A stretch of DNA of 64,000 bases from Octopus bimaculoides (lineage: Eukaryota): NCBI RefSeq assembly GCF_001194135.2, contig NC_068988.1, positions 2,744,690 to 2,808,689 on the forward strand, given 5' to 3'. The position numbers and the translations under genes are program-made. Position 1 is the first letter of the stretch. The number at the start of each line of letters is the position of its first letter. The notes under the pieces were generated by a model, which saw only the letters and a list, made by a program, of their open reading frames with translations, did no database searches and was not told the DNA's origin. This document shows positions 36,321 through 50,628 of the stretch, piece by piece.

Positions 36321-37097
36321 TATCTCCTTAAACATGGTTTGAACTTTTACAATAATTCTACGGAATTCGTTTTTTAGCAAAATAATTTGTGAATGTTGAA
36401 GTGAAAATTCTATTTAGCTTCAATGATTTTGCCTTTCAAAAACATATTTAATCAACATTATGGAAAATATAAGCAATCTTTTCTTTTATTTTATATTAGT
36501 TAAATTGATTCAAGATCTTCAGAGTCTTGAAGTGGGTGCAATCAAATTAAAGATTAGAACAAGAAGGTTATAATATGATAATCCAACTTAATGACTCATT
36601 AACTATTACTTCAGTAAATATAGAGATTAAAATATTACTAATTGACTTGATGTTTTCATGTTTTTAATTAAATTTTTGATTCTCTGTATTGAATGAACAT
36701 TCATCCTTACTTAACTGTCACTTTTCAATGCAGATGGAAGCTCTGAGTAAATAACTTCAGCAATTTGCTTTTCCAAATATGCACACTGTCCAAGACTACT
36801 TAGATTATGATAATTATCATCCAGCTTTGTGATACCCAATCAATAGTTAATAATGGCAAAATCTATGATTTGCTGAGGAGGTTTAATAACATGCAAATAT
36901 GTACAGAATTGTCTCCCGTACTTCTACAATGGATTAGATTAATATTAATCATTCAGATAATGCTGTACTTCACCATTATATTAATATTATTAATTAGATT
37001 CAATTGCTGATGTTCTCAGTTAGAAATGTCTATGTTTCATAACAGACTGTACTTGCAACAGCAGTCAGAATGGATTCTGATTGGTTTGGAAATCACA

Positions 37098-37320
37098 TCA
37101 TCATCATCATCATCATCATCATCGTCGTCGTTTAACGTCCGCTTTCCATGCTAGCATGGGTTAGATGATTTGACTGAGGACTGGTGGACCAGGAGGTGAC
37201 ACCAGGCTCCAATCTGATTTGGCCGAGTTTCTACAGCTGGATGCCCTTCCTAACACCAACAACTCCAAGAGTGTAGTGGGTGTTTTACGTGCCACCGGCA
37301 CGAGGGCCAGTCAGGCAGTA
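37098..37320 (-). mobile_element. Family D element
   Basis: catcatcgtcgtcgtttaacgtccgctttccatgctagcatggg...ctacagctggatgcccttcctaacaccaac. Confidence 0.9.
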
Positions 37321-37670
37321 CTGTTTCAAAAATAATAAGTAGGCATATGACAGAAGAGATAATAATAATAATAATAAGTTGGAAAACATAGGTGGGACTG
37401 GCTGAGGAAAGGAACACTAAAAAAAAGAGATTGAGAGCACCATACTGGTAGTGCAAGACAAAGCTTTGGCCATGAATTGGGGGGGGGTCAACTTTAGGAA
37501 TGAGTAAGTGCCTCCATTGTGCCACATCTGAAATAGATTGAATGAAACCATTGCTCAAATCACGAATGTAGACATGTCCTAATCCACTACAAGAGGTGGT
37601 GACATGATAAGATAGCGAAAGTGCTACGTTGGAAACTGCGTGACCAGACTAATCAGGAAAGCATTAAATA

Positions 37671-38379
<709 letters not shown>

Positions 38380-38534
38380 AAGTATTAAATAGTTGAAAAG
38401 AACAAACAGCATGGTACCATAGGCTGCAGGTAGCAAGCCCACTACGTATGCAAGACTGCAGGAGTTCCAACAAAACCTGTGATAAAAAGTAAGAATAATA
38501 ATAATAACCATAAGAGAAATTTCCTGTTCCCCAC

Positions 38535-38750
38535 CCCATCTGTGCTGGTGCTATGCAAAAGCACCCAAGGCAGGGCCATATAAAAGTGACCAGTACAGTG
38601 TGTGATTGGTGTTAGGAAGGACATCAAGCCATAGAAACCATGCTACAACAGACAAATAGGACCCAGACAGCTCACCAGCTAGCCAGCTCCTATCAAACTG
38701 TCCAACCCATGCCAGCATGGAAAACAAACGTTAAATGATGAGGATGATGT
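38535..38750 (+). mobile_element. Family D element
   Basis: gtgctggtgctatgcaaaagcaccc...gttaggaaggacatc...ccaacccatgccagcatggaaaacaaacgttaaatgatgagg. Confidence 0.8.
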
Positions 38751-39639
38751 TTAGCAGGAGACATCTGTGTGGTTCCTATCTGCCAAATATCAAATGTTGT
38801 TCACAAGATATTGGATAACTCTTTGCCACAGTAAAAGACACTTGCTGAAGACGCTGACGATGAAAAAAATATGTAAAAGACAAAAAAATGGAATTATTTT
38901 CCAAATATTTTGACATACCAAGCATTGTTGAAGAATTTGTTTAGGGGGGCTTTATGGGATTAATGTATTAAACTGTTTTTGGGTGGAAATAATTAATATG
39001 ATCCCTTTATACTTTGTATTGGATTTCCTGATTTATCTTGTAAAAATTTCCCCTAATCCTCCAGATTACATGGAATCATTTATTACCATTTTATCTCAAG
39101 AATGCCAGACAAAGGTAAACAGAAAATTAATAACTTTGGTGAGGAGCAGAGACTTTAGTTGAGATTTTAGCTGCATGAAAGTGTGTGTATGGGTGCGGGT
39201 GTGTGTGTGTGTGTGTGTGTAAGAGAGAAATAGACAGAGAGGAGAAGAGGGATAAAGGGCAGAAGAGGTAGAGAGATGAAGAAAAGGAGAGACAGAGAGA
39301 GAGAGGGGAAAGAGAGGGCGAGAGAATATGTGTGTGTTCGTTTTGTTTTTCATAGATATTTGTTGTTTTTCTTGTAATTTTTGTTTTCTTTTTCATAATT
39401 TGTTGTCTTTTCACACAAATATTAATTACTTCATCTGTAACAAACGACGAAAGAGTGATCAGAGCTCATTTGTGTAGTTTTGGTTTTAATGCAAAAACAT
39501 TGTAACAAGATAGCTTTCGTCAAGGAATCCTTTCAAGAAGAACTAATGAAAACATCAAATGATATCAATTGCATAATTACTCAAGAGGTGGCAGCACACT
39601 GATGCCGGAGACGATATTGCTTCAAGGGTTACCATTACT

Positions 39640-39723
39640 ATCATCATCAGCATCAGCAGCATCATTAATCATCATCATTGCCATCATAACCACAATCATC
39701 ATCATTGTTCTCATTGTTGCCAT

Positions 39724-39764
<41 letters not shown>

Positions 39765-39888
39765 GCAGCCTCATCATCGTCGTAATCATCATCATCATCA
39801 TATCATCATCATCATCATTATCATAATCATCATCATTATCACCATCATCACCGTCGTCATCATCATCATCATCATCATCATCATCAAT

Positions 39889-39922
<34 letters not shown>

Positions 39923-40090
39923 CCATCATCATCCTCATCACTATCATCGTTGTTGTCGTCGTCATCGTCATCATCATCATCATCATCACTATTACCATTA
40001 TCATCGTCGTCATCGTCATCATCATCATCATCAACACTATTACCATCATAATTGTCATCATCATCATCATCATATTAATTACCTTTATCA
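39640..40090. repeat. Imperfect (CAT)n microsatellite
   Basis: Direct reading. Confidence 0.95.
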
Positions 40091-40193
40091 ACATCAACGA
40101 TACCAACATTGCTATCCGTGTCTTCAGAATCAACAAATTCTAAAATAATTTTGTGCGTGTATGATCATATGTGCGTATATGTGTGTGTGTTTC

Positions 40194-40237
<44 letters not shown>

Positions 40238-40287
40238 TATCTCCGCGTGTACGTGTGTGCTTGGGTATGTGGATTGTGTGTGTATGT

Positions 40288-40321
<34 letters not shown>

Positions 40322-40469
40322 ATGTGTTACCATAACTTGGGTAAAGTTGGTAATTCCAATATAATAATTCAGGTCTTTCTTAATTGTCCGTTCTTCCTCA
40401 CACCAAGACATCTCAACGAAAATGACACGTATGCAAATGAATAACAGAGATTTGATAAAACATGAAATA

Positions 40470-40822
40470 TAAAGCACCACCACCACCACCACTGCTGCCG
40501 CCACCATCACCACTACTGCCAGAACCATCACCACCATCATGACTACCACTGCTACCACTGCTGCTGGCACCACCACCCCGACCACCATCGCTACCACCAC
40601 CACCACCACCACCACAACAACAACAACAACAACAACAATGACATCAGCAATGACAAATGTGGCTCGTTTTCCTTGTTGCTCTCTGTACAAGGTGAGGAGA
40701 GGCCAGTGCAGATGGCGACACATTGTGTCACCCATCTGACATGGAAATGAGAATGTAAAATAACGGTGGTGGTGGTGGTGGTGCTGCTGCTTCTGCTGAC
40801 GACGATAACAATGATGATGATG

Positions 40823-40854
<32 letters not shown>

Positions 40855-40860
40855 GATTGT
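40470..40860. repeat. (CAC)n/(CAA)n and (GGT)n/(GAT)n microsatellites
   Basis: Direct reading; a short unique spacer at about 40650-40760. Confidence 0.9.
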
Positions 40861-40944
40861 CTAAGGGCCACTAACATTGCCTTTCTTGGTGTCTTGGAAC
40901 ATAATACAATAATCACAAGAACAAGTCAATTGAGGAATTGTATG

Positions 40945-40985
<41 letters not shown>

Positions 40986-41374
40986 GCATGTATGTATGTA
41001 CGTATGTATGTACGTACGTATGTATGTATGTATGTTGGTATGAATGTGTATGTATGTATGTATGTATGCATGTGTGTATGTGTGTATAATTACACAGTTT
41101 GCTCTGAAGTGTGTCTAAATTTCCCCCAAAGGATCGCCCAATCTCCTTTAAAATAAAGACCACATATTTTAAGTCCTAAAATCTTCAGGAGGCACCATGT
41201 CCATAATTCCAGCTGAATACATTTAAGAACCTCATTTAAATCATTTGTTTTATCTGCTGTTTGTCAAAATGTACAAATAATGGCAATCACTAAAAAGTGA
41301 GAAGGGTTTCATAACATTTGATCCTTTTGCAAAACTTTTCAGGTTTTTATTGGGAAAAAGTGGCACTTCCTTGG

Positions 41375-41655
41375 TTACGACATCCGATCAACGAAACAGC
41401 CTGCTCATGAAATTAACATGCAAGTGGTTGCGTACTCCACAAACATATGTAACCTCAATATAGTTCTCAAAGAGACTCTGCATATCAGAATATGACAAGG
41501 CTGTCCCTTTGAATTACAGGTACAACTCACTTTTGCCAGCTGAGTGGACTGGAGCAATAAAGTGTCTTGTTCAAGGAGACAACGCATTGCCAGGAATTGA
41601 ACTCATGACTTTCCAATTGTGAGCTGAATACTTGAAGCATTAAGCCATGAACCTT
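41375..41655 (-). mobile_element. tRNA-SINE family C
   Basis: ccgatcaacgaaacagcctgctcatgaaattaacatgcaagtgg...ggaattgaactcatgac. Confidence 0.88.
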
Positions 41656-42939
41656 CCTTAAGATTTTGATGTAGCTGCATTCAAAAGTATAATCCCTTGG
41701 TCCTCCTCCAATTGACTCCACGAAACACCCAATATGTGACTGGTACAGGGAGAGAAACATGCACAAGAAATTCACTGGTAGTCATTATGAGACGAGTAGA
41801 CTAAGGCAGCATGATATAAAAAGTCTTGTGCAAAAAGAGACACTGTGCCACCAAGCCCGGAAATTGAACCTGTAACTTTCTGATTATGAACTATTAATTA
41901 CTACTAAAATGAACAGTAACACCAATGAAAATGCCAATCTGATTTGAACTCATGGTGCAAGAATTTGATGCTTCATCGATTCAGCTACTTTAAACCAATC
42001 AAACTTTTCTAAAAACAGATTGTAAGAAATCTTGTGGAAGTAATCTTGTCAACTGCTCATTAAAGGAATACATGACAAGTGAGAATAGCTTTGCTATGAG
42101 TAGGCCTCTGTGGAGAGATGATGCAACTATATTAATGTGGTTCTCTCTCTCTCTCTCTCTCTCTCAGCATTTGTGCGTGTGTGTGCGTGTGTGTGTGCGT
42201 GTGTGTGTGTGTGAGTATGAGTATGAAAATGCCAAAAAGAAATCAACTAAATATGTGCAACTTGAAATCATTTTATAATGTCTTTGATAATGGAAACCAG
42301 AAGAGGTAAACTTAATTTATGGATGAAATTGTTGTTGGAATAGAAAATGTCAGAAATCTGTCTTCAGCAAATCCCAAAAGACTTTGGACAAATTATGAAG
42401 AAATCACAACAGAATAACATTTCTCCATAAACATACATTTTAATAATTTGTCTTCATCTTGCTAAAGTTACTAACCATCTTCAAATAATTCCTCTGAATT
42501 TATATGAAGAAAGAAAAGATCAGGCAACATAAAAGCAGAGATTGGAGATATGTGTGCTATGAGCTGGTTCTACATTCCTTTGAAGAATCTGCAGCGGAGA
42601 AGTGTCACTCAAAACTTGGACATACTCACTAATGGCAACTTATGTCAAAACAGTGCGATTGGTCACCTCACAAGAATTGGTTATCATTTGAGAAATCAAT
42701 ATCTAAGTTTTGGTTATACTAATGTCACAAATTTAAAAACTCATTCTGTTAAGATCATTTTATAAAAGTGTATTTATATAATGAAATTATATACATACAT
42801 GTAATCTATATTCATATATTCTAGAAAGCAGGAATTTTGTAAATAATCCTGCATTTTGGCAGTCCTGGTATTGGACGTGGATTTGAATCATTTTACTTTT
42901 GGTGCTCCATCATTTGAAGTATGTCACAGTTTTAATAAT

Positions 42940-43335
42940 CCTTTCTACTCTAGGCACAAGGCCTGAAATTTTGTGGGAAGGCGGTTAAGTCGATTACATC
43001 AACCCCAGTGTCTCACTGGTACTTAATTTATCAACCCTGAAAGGATGAAAGGCAAAGTCGATCTCAGCAGAATTTGAACTGAGAACATAGCGATGAGTGA
43101 ACTACCACTAAGCATTTTTCCCACCAGCTTTATTAATAATTCCTTCTAATTCTGGAACAAGATCAACAATTTTGATGAAAGGGTATAAGCCAATAGCATC
43201 AACCGCAGTTCATTACTGGTACTTTATTTTATTCAACTCAAAAAGGAGGAAAGATAAAGTTGACCTCGACAGGATTTGAATGTAGAAAGCTACAAAAAAT
43301 ATTGTATTCCAATGTTTTAATGATTCTGCCAGCTG
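42940..43335 (-). mobile_element. Two tandem family B SINEs
   Basis: ataatcctttctactctaggcacaagg...ctggtacttaatttatcaacc; a second decayed copy at about 43135-43335. Confidence 0.8.
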
Positions 43336-43369
43336 ACCAAATTTATTATCAATAATGATAAAGAGATTT

Positions 43370-43590
43370 AGCAGGCAGAGATTTTACGATGCTGGGAAAA
43401 TGCTCATCAATATTTCGTCTGTCTTTGCGTTCTGAGTTCATAGTCTGCTGCAGATGACTTAGCCTTGCAGCCTTTCAGAGTCTATAAAATACGTACCAGT
43501 TCAACACTGGGGTCAATGAAATCGACTTATCCCCCCCTCCTCTTAAAATCGTTGGACTTGTGCCTGCCAGAATTTGAAACCAATAATAAT
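43370..43590 (+). mobile_element. tRNA-SINE family B
   Basis: gggaaaatgctc...gttctgagttca...taaaatacgtaccagttcaacactggggtcaatgaaatcgactt...ttgaaacc(aat)n. Confidence 0.8.
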
Positions 43591-44270
43591 AATGATATTA
43601 GTTTCTTACACTGGCACATCACAAATTATAGAGAAGAGACCAGTCAAGTAAATCAATACAGTTATTGACTGATCCTCTCTTTCAAAAATTTCACTTCTAT
43701 TGTAGGGATGTAGTTGTGTTGTGATTGATATGTTGAGTAATCAATAATAATGAGTTGAGAACAAAGAATTATTGCCAAAAATGTTTATTACTAATACTAA
43801 ACATCTTTAGACACACAATGTACCTTTTGTTGTAATTCCCTATGTTATGTTTTCGAATTAAGAAATAATAAAATTGACAAACAATGATAGTTCAAAGAGT
43901 TCTTATTAACATAGGAATAACTTTCAACAAGAACAAAAATAATTTCTGTGGAGAACTGATCTCTGGGGTTTTTATAAGCTTGCTAAAATGTTCCAGAAAA
44001 TTCCATAAGACTTTCAGATACAAAAATTAAACTTTTCATTACGTCAGTGAATGCCTACCAAAAACCGATATGAAAGATGATGAGTTGGGAAACATATCAG
44101 TAAATGTAATAATCGAGTTCAATGATATAGTCGCAATTAACTCTGGTTAGCAACATCAAGTAGGGTAATGTTATTTGCCAGTGGTTTTGAATCTGAAGCT
44201 GAAACATGTCAGGTTAAGCCTTCCATAACGAGTCTGTTGATATCAGCAATGAGAAGGAATTGTTCAAGGA

Positions 44271-44306
44271 GGGAAAAATGGAAAATATGGACAAATATGG
44301 ACAAGG

Positions 44307-44344
<38 letters not shown>

Positions 44345-44352
44345 ATGGACAA
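44271..44352. repeat. (AATGGAA)n heptamer and atatggaca short tandem repeats
   Basis: Direct reading. Confidence 0.85.
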
Positions 44353-44416
44353 TGAATCTTTAAATTAGAAAATTACTATTTTAAAATCTCACAATGAGAG
44401 ATATTCAGCAACAGTA

Positions 44417-44783
44417 CTTTGGAGTAAAGATTTTTTGCCAAAATAATATGGCAGTCCTGGTTTAGGATGAATGTTGCTGTAATTTAGCCCCAGGAGACAT
44501 TGTCTCCTGCTGGCTATACAACACTATCTGCATCCTTATATTTTCGAACAAGGGAATCTAGCACCCCCACTCAGCTCAAAACAACATCTGTATATTGCGA
44601 TTTCCAGGTTATTGTTTTGAGATGAGTGGGGGGGGGGGCTAGATTCCCTTGTTTGAAAATATAAGGACACAGATCGTGTCGTAAAGCCAGCTGGAGAAGA
44701 TGTCTCCTGGGGCTAAATTTCAGGAACATTCATCCTAAACCAGAACTGCCATATTATGTTGGCAAACAATCTTTACTCCAAAG
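44417..44783. mobile_element. Palindromic MITE-like foldback, arms about 170 bp
   Basis: ctttggagtaaagatt...tttagccccaggagaca...cttatattttc.aacaagggaatctagc...ctcaaaacaa versus its reverse complement 44611-44783; short spacer. Confidence 0.92.
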
Positions 44784-44824
44784 GAATCTTTAACCTTGCC
44801 TTCTAATTTTATCATAACTGGCAT

Positions 44825-45125
44825 GATGAGCATTCCAGTTGATCCAATCAATGTAACAGCCTGCTCATGAAATTAACATGCAAGTGGCTGAGTTCTCCAC
44901 AAACACATGTAACCTTAACATAGTTCTCAGAGAGATTTAGCATGGCACAGGATATGACAATACAAGCTCTTTGAATAACTGTTACAACTCTTTTCTACCA
45001 GCTGAGTGGACTGGAGAAGGTGAAATAAAGTATTTGGCTCAAGAACATAACACACTGCCAGGTATTGAACTCACAACTTTAAGATTGTGTACCCAGTGTC
45101 CTAACCACTTAGCCATGTGCCTTCA
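44825..45125 (-). mobile_element. tRNA-SINE family C
   Basis: Same family as 31715-32015. Confidence 0.88.
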
Positions 45126-47059
45126 ACAATTTTATTGTAACTTTAAAACCATAATGTATAACATACGTTTATATGAGGTTATCCGAAGTTATTGAGTTCT
45201 TGGATGATGCATCAGGAAATCCCTGGACTTTTCAGCCATTTGGGGATAGCTATCACTATTGTGAAGCACATTTAAGAAATAACCCATCAAAGTCATAGCT
45301 CACTTGATGCAACACAAATTGCACTCATGCAATTAATCCTGCATCTTTTAAGAACATATTTTGGGTGCTAACTAAAGTAGTGAAGTAAAGAAGCCAAAAC
45401 CAATTTTTATTTTAACATTTGAAAGATGGAGTAAATATGATTGAATCAAAAAGGAGGAAAAAACAAAATCAATTCATTTGCAATTTGAACTCTAAACGTC
45501 TAATCACAACTGAAACCATACCAGCATCCTGCAATTTCAGCCATTTTTCCTGCCACAAGGAGAGAAAAATGTAATTTTAACGTCTTTTAAGTCATTTAAA
45601 AAAAAATTTTCTATTATTTAATTTAATTTGCTATTTTTTTTCAACATTTTATTTCATTTTAAAATTGACGATTTTGTTTTCAGGTTTCTATATTTGTTTC
45701 TCTTGATTCAATTAAAATTAAACTTTGAAGATTTCCCTTGTAATAGAAAAATTCTTTAGTTTTCATATCTTACACAGTTTCTGCGAGACTGCAATCAATA
45801 AATTGATTTTACAAACCAGCAAGAGTAAATAACTGTAAGTTAATCATTCAGTACAGTTCCCTTGAAATGATCAACAGCAGACAATACTCACTAAGTAATA
45901 CAATCACTTTAATCATGCAAACTGTCAAAGAAAACAAAACCAACAAACAAAACAAAGAAAAGAAAACCACAATGGTCCTCTTCCTCCTCCTCCTCCTTCT
46001 CCCTCAAAGAACAAGTTACTCAGATTGGATATTAAGTTCCTTTCAAAATAGAATTAGTAAAATATTTGCACAATTGCACTGCTAAAGAGATACTTAAAGC
46101 AAAACAGCCGTGGAGAAAAACATAAAATTCCACCTCCAAATATATTTGAGTAACATCATTACAAAAGTGTCAAATGTTTGTAGCTTTTTATTTCTTTTTA
46201 TTTACTTTGTGATTTTTGTTTTAAATTTCATTTGCTTTTTATTGTTTAAATAAATAAATGAACATAATACAATTGGAAGAATTGGAAACAATTAAGTTTT
46301 AACATTTTTATATGAAAGTTATAAATTATAAGATGGAATTTCTGCTTTGCTGGCATTTATTATTATTATTTATTATTATTAGTATTGTTTTCTCAATACT
46401 TTTTATTTCATTTTCACAACTGAAAGGTGAGGAAACTGCTTTGAAAAAAATGTCACATTATTGTTACTGTTGTTTTTGTAGTGGTTTATTATTTTTTTTA
46501 AAGGAATTGGCTCAACCCTTCCTCAAGTTAATATTTTAGGAATCCTTTTTAGTTCAGAACTGGATTGTAAATGATGGTGATTAATAACGACTGGAACAAG
46601 TGGGGAGAATAACGATGACGATTATAAGGGTTTCTGTTTAGGGACTAGGCAAAGGGTTTGTTGATTATGTCAACCTTTGTAGTTCAGTAGTACTTAATTT
46701 TATCAACCCCCAAAAAGATAAAAAGCAAAGTTGACCTTGATAAAATATTTTTGATAAGGAATGATAAAAAAAGTTGAATGAAACCCATATGTTTATGTTT
46801 CTAAATGTGAAATTAAGAATTTTGAACAAGGAAATTTGTCAGCAAATATAAGAACTCTAGAAGAACTGATTTGGAGCCAATCTTGGATCAATCCCAAATG
46901 TTCTAAGTCAGTAATACAGCACAAACATGAATGAGTTCGTAATGAAGTCGATCAAATCCGAGATACATAATTTCAGGTCTCAGCACATGGCACTTTGGCT
47001 GTCTTCTATTATAGCTTTAATTCGAAAAAGGTGTTCATGACAATCTAGGTATATAGAGC

Positions 47060-47600
47060 CATGTTTGAATCAAGGAAGGAGTCTTATTCCTCTCTATTTC
47101 TAGCATTGAACAATACTCAGTTATGACCTTCAAACAATACATAATTATAACGATCTTTCCTGGCTGAAGCTCTTACTTAAACTCTAATCTTTCGCTTCCA
47201 TCTCTTTTAGTCTCTGATTCTTAACGAAGCTCCAGCTAGAACCATAATGAAGTGCTGTCAAAGAATCAATCACCAGAAGAGTAAAAACTTTGATCTACAG
47301 ACTAACTGTCTCCTCTTTCTGTCTGTTCCAACACTGCTACAATGGTCTCTGTTTCTCTGAAGAAGCATATTATATTGATCTCTACCAAGTTACATGACAT
47401 ACCCATGGTTCCACTACAAATGTATCAAAATGCCTGAACTCTTCGCCAGCAAATTTAAAGAATCCTTCCTTCTCAGAACATCAATCTCCAGAAATTCTAT
47501 CCTCATTAACGAAATTCTTGCAAATGTTAACTTACAAATGTTCACCTTTGATGTAAACCACATGACTCTCACCAATGCCACAAGAATATGTAGGTCATCA
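47060..47600 (+). pseudogene. Decayed L2/Crack-like LINE C-terminal region
   Basis: ctctttctgtctgttccaacactgctacaatggtctctg resembles SL.LF..YY.GLC; later SFL.RTS..RNS and NLQMF...VN resemble the SF.PRT..LWNSLP/NL..FK..VN end of L2-group elements. Confidence 0.5.
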
Positions 47601-48164
47601 GCACCAATTCTTTGACCTGATGCAGTCATAATAAAAAAAAACAACATAATCATAAAACATTAACTTCATGTTCACTTTATCATGCAATCTCTTGCTGCTG
47701 ATTCTGTCATATTCTATATTTTAGAAAGTATGATTCCAATACACGTTGCATGCTGGACTTGCCTGGTGTTAGATGGGGGAACATTTCATTTGGACTTCCT
47801 TTCACAGGTTGCATGAGAAGTTATTGTTATGAAAAAGGTTTCAACAGCCATTACTCGTCTGCTGCATGCTATTATTTCTAGTCGAGCCACAAACAAGTAT
47901 TTGCAACTTATATTTTACGCTTGGAACAACAACAGCAGACTAAAATATAATTTTCAGTAAATAAAAGATGATTTGCAGTTATCTAGCTATAAACTACTTA
48001 GAATGGATTGACTATATACTGAAATCCACAAATATTAAATAAACTTTATATCATATTGTTTTGGAACTGATTAGGAATATAAATGTCTTAATGTATTTTC
48101 TTATGATATATCCCTATTTAAATACGACACACAATACAGAGCACTAGACAGTTCTCTTTTAAAA

Positions 48165-48230
<66 letters not shown>

Positions 48231-48558
48231 AAGAGAGTGAGATATGACAGTAACAATAATGATGATGATGATGATGATGACAACGATGACGAGAACGATG
48301 ATGATGATAAAAGAAGCCATACAAGTGCTGACAGTTTTATCTCAGTTTTCAACCATAATAGCTAAACATTCATTGACTAAAATGAATGAGTTGTTCTTGA
48401 ACAGGAAATTTTTAGATGAAAGCCTAGGAAATATTATTGATCAAGAAGAATTAAGTGAAGGAGTTTCCATTAAGTTATAAGTTGTCATAAATAATTGTTG
48501 GAAATTTATCTATATTCTCAGCAAATAATGGCAAATATTAATGCTGGTGTCATCAATT

Positions 48559-48602
<44 letters not shown>

Positions 48603-48679
48603 TAATAATAATAACGATCATTTTCTTTATTGGCCTCAAGGACCTGTACATTCAATATAAGACATGTTACACACAACAG

Positions 48680-48790
48680 TTTAGCAGTGGTAAGAAGTTT
48701 GCTTCCCAATCACATGGTTTTGGTTTCAGTCCCACTGTGTATCACATTGTGGAAATGACTTCTATTAGAGCCTTCAGTCGACCAAAAATA
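48680..48790 (+). mobile_element. tRNA-SINE family A, 5' part
   Basis: gcagtggtaagaagtttgcttcccaatcacatggttttggtttcagtcccactgtg. Confidence 0.8.
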
Positions 48791-48809
48791 TTGGTTTGGG
48801 TTTTTGGGT

Positions 48810-49582
48810 TTTCCTATGTCTTGCTGTGACTCTTGCAGCTTTTAATTAACTTTCATCACTATTACCTTCATAGGTGTCAATATCCACTCTAGCTGACTCC
48901 ACGCAGTCTTCTACTGATATTAACTCTCTTCCACCTTTCTATCTAGGTAGGTATAATCTTGTGACTCCTGCCCTTGGGTGGAGTCCTCGATTCATATTGA
49001 ATTCCTTCCTAGTTCTCCTGTCTAGCTTTGCTAATTCAGTTTTTGTCCAATCTACAAAAATTGATGAGTATTTAAGCAATGATACTGCCCAAGTATTTAC
49101 AGCTTTCACTAGAATTGGACAATTTATCTTTGACTTCATTAGTTTCCTCACCTTTCTGATGAACTCCTCAATTTTCAATTAAATTTCTGGAGTTAGTACT
49201 CTTTCAAATTCTAATACTCCTAGACACTTATAACTCTCTCCTCTTCCTTTCAATGATTTTAATGTCCAGCCATCTAGTAATTGGATGCCTTCCCTGTTGA
49301 CTACCTGTCCCCCTTCTCACGACTAATATTGCACTGTTATCTACGCCAAATTCCATGCCTGTATCTTTGCTGAAGAGCCTTACAATCTGTATTAAGGAAT
49401 CTGTCTCTTTTTTCATTCTTACTAAAAGGCTTGAGATCATCCATGCAGAGCAAATGGTTAAATTTTCCATTGCTATTTCAGAACTGATACTCTGCCTTTG
49501 CCTCCCTTAATACTAAACTGAGGGGGATCAAACATAAGACGAATATTAAAGGCAATAACAAGTCCCCTTGGAAAATTCCTCT
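48810..49582 (-). mobile_element. R4/Dong-like non-LTR reverse transcriptase fragment
   Basis: RGIFQGDLLLPLIFVLCLIPLSLVL; NHL.CMDDLK; SLIQIVRLFSKDTGMEFGVD; VKAVNTWAVSLLKYS..FVDWTKTELAKLDRRTRK..NMNRGLHPRAGVTRLYLPR. Confidence 0.9.
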
Positions 49583-49624
49583 ACTACTACTACTACTACT
49601 ACTATCATTGTTATTAGTTAGTCG

Positions 49625-50172
49625 TAGAGCAGTGTCTGCCATCAAAGTGACACTGGTGTACAAATATACACAACTCCATCTACCCATCATGACTGCCCAT
49701 CTGATAAGGGTACAACAGGCACATGCATCATAACTATATGTGTGCGACATGGTAACCTTGTATCAAGATAAACAGCTCATGACCTTGCAGGTGGGGACCC
49801 ACTTAGAATTTTCTTCATGCTGAGTAGCCCACCTCACTCAAAAGGTCCCTGAATGAGGGTTATTTAAGAATGATGAACGATACATCGATATTTCCAAAGG
49901 TGAATTATCCAAACGCCAAGGAATTCCTTTCAACACATGCCTATGATGCTCCCCCACTACTTCTGCTCATAATCAGAGATGAACATATCGTCAGCCACCA
50001 AGGGACATGCTCAAATGGTTATGGTGAAGCAACTGACAAGCAAATCTGTGACATTGAGCAGAATATTTGCTGTAGCCCATCTTTTATGCCACGATAAAAC
50101 ATGTACATGATAACATTTCCAATCAGTTAAGATCAGAAGCAATGAGAGCCACTGCCTGGTACTGCATCAGGG
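49625..50172 (-). mobile_element. Unclassified repeat family E, copy 2 (longer)
   Basis: Similar to 6636-7112; sits between microsatellite-like tracts. Confidence 0.85.
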
Positions 50173-50285
50173 CATTTATCATCATCATCATCATCATCAT
50201 CATCATTATTATTATTAGTAATAATAAGGAGCAGTATGGAACTTATTAAGAAAATATGATATCATAATATCATTATCACCATGTA

Positions 50286-50628
50286 GGTGCAGGAGTGGCT
50301 GTGTGGTAAGTAGCTTGCTTACCAACCACATTGTCCCAGGTTCAGTCCCACTGCATGGCACCTTGGGCAAGTGTCTTCTACTATTGTGAGTGGATTTGGT
50401 TGACGGAAACAGGAAGGAGGCCGTCGTATGTGTATGTGTGTGTATATGTTTGTGTGTCTGTTTGTCTGCCAGCATTGCTTGACAACCGATGCTGGTGTGT
50501 TTACGCCCCCATAACTTAGCGGTTCGGCAAAAGGGAGTGATAGAATAAGTATTAGGCCTACAAAGAATAAGCTCTGGGGTAGATTTACTCGACTATAAAG
50601 GCGGTGAAATAAGCAAAAGAGTAAAAAA
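50286..50628 (+). mobile_element. Near full-length tRNA-SINE family A
   Basis: ggtgcaggagtggctgtgtggtaagtagcttgcttaccaaccacattgtcccaggttcagtcccactgcatggcaccttgggcaagtgtcttctactat... Confidence 0.92.
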
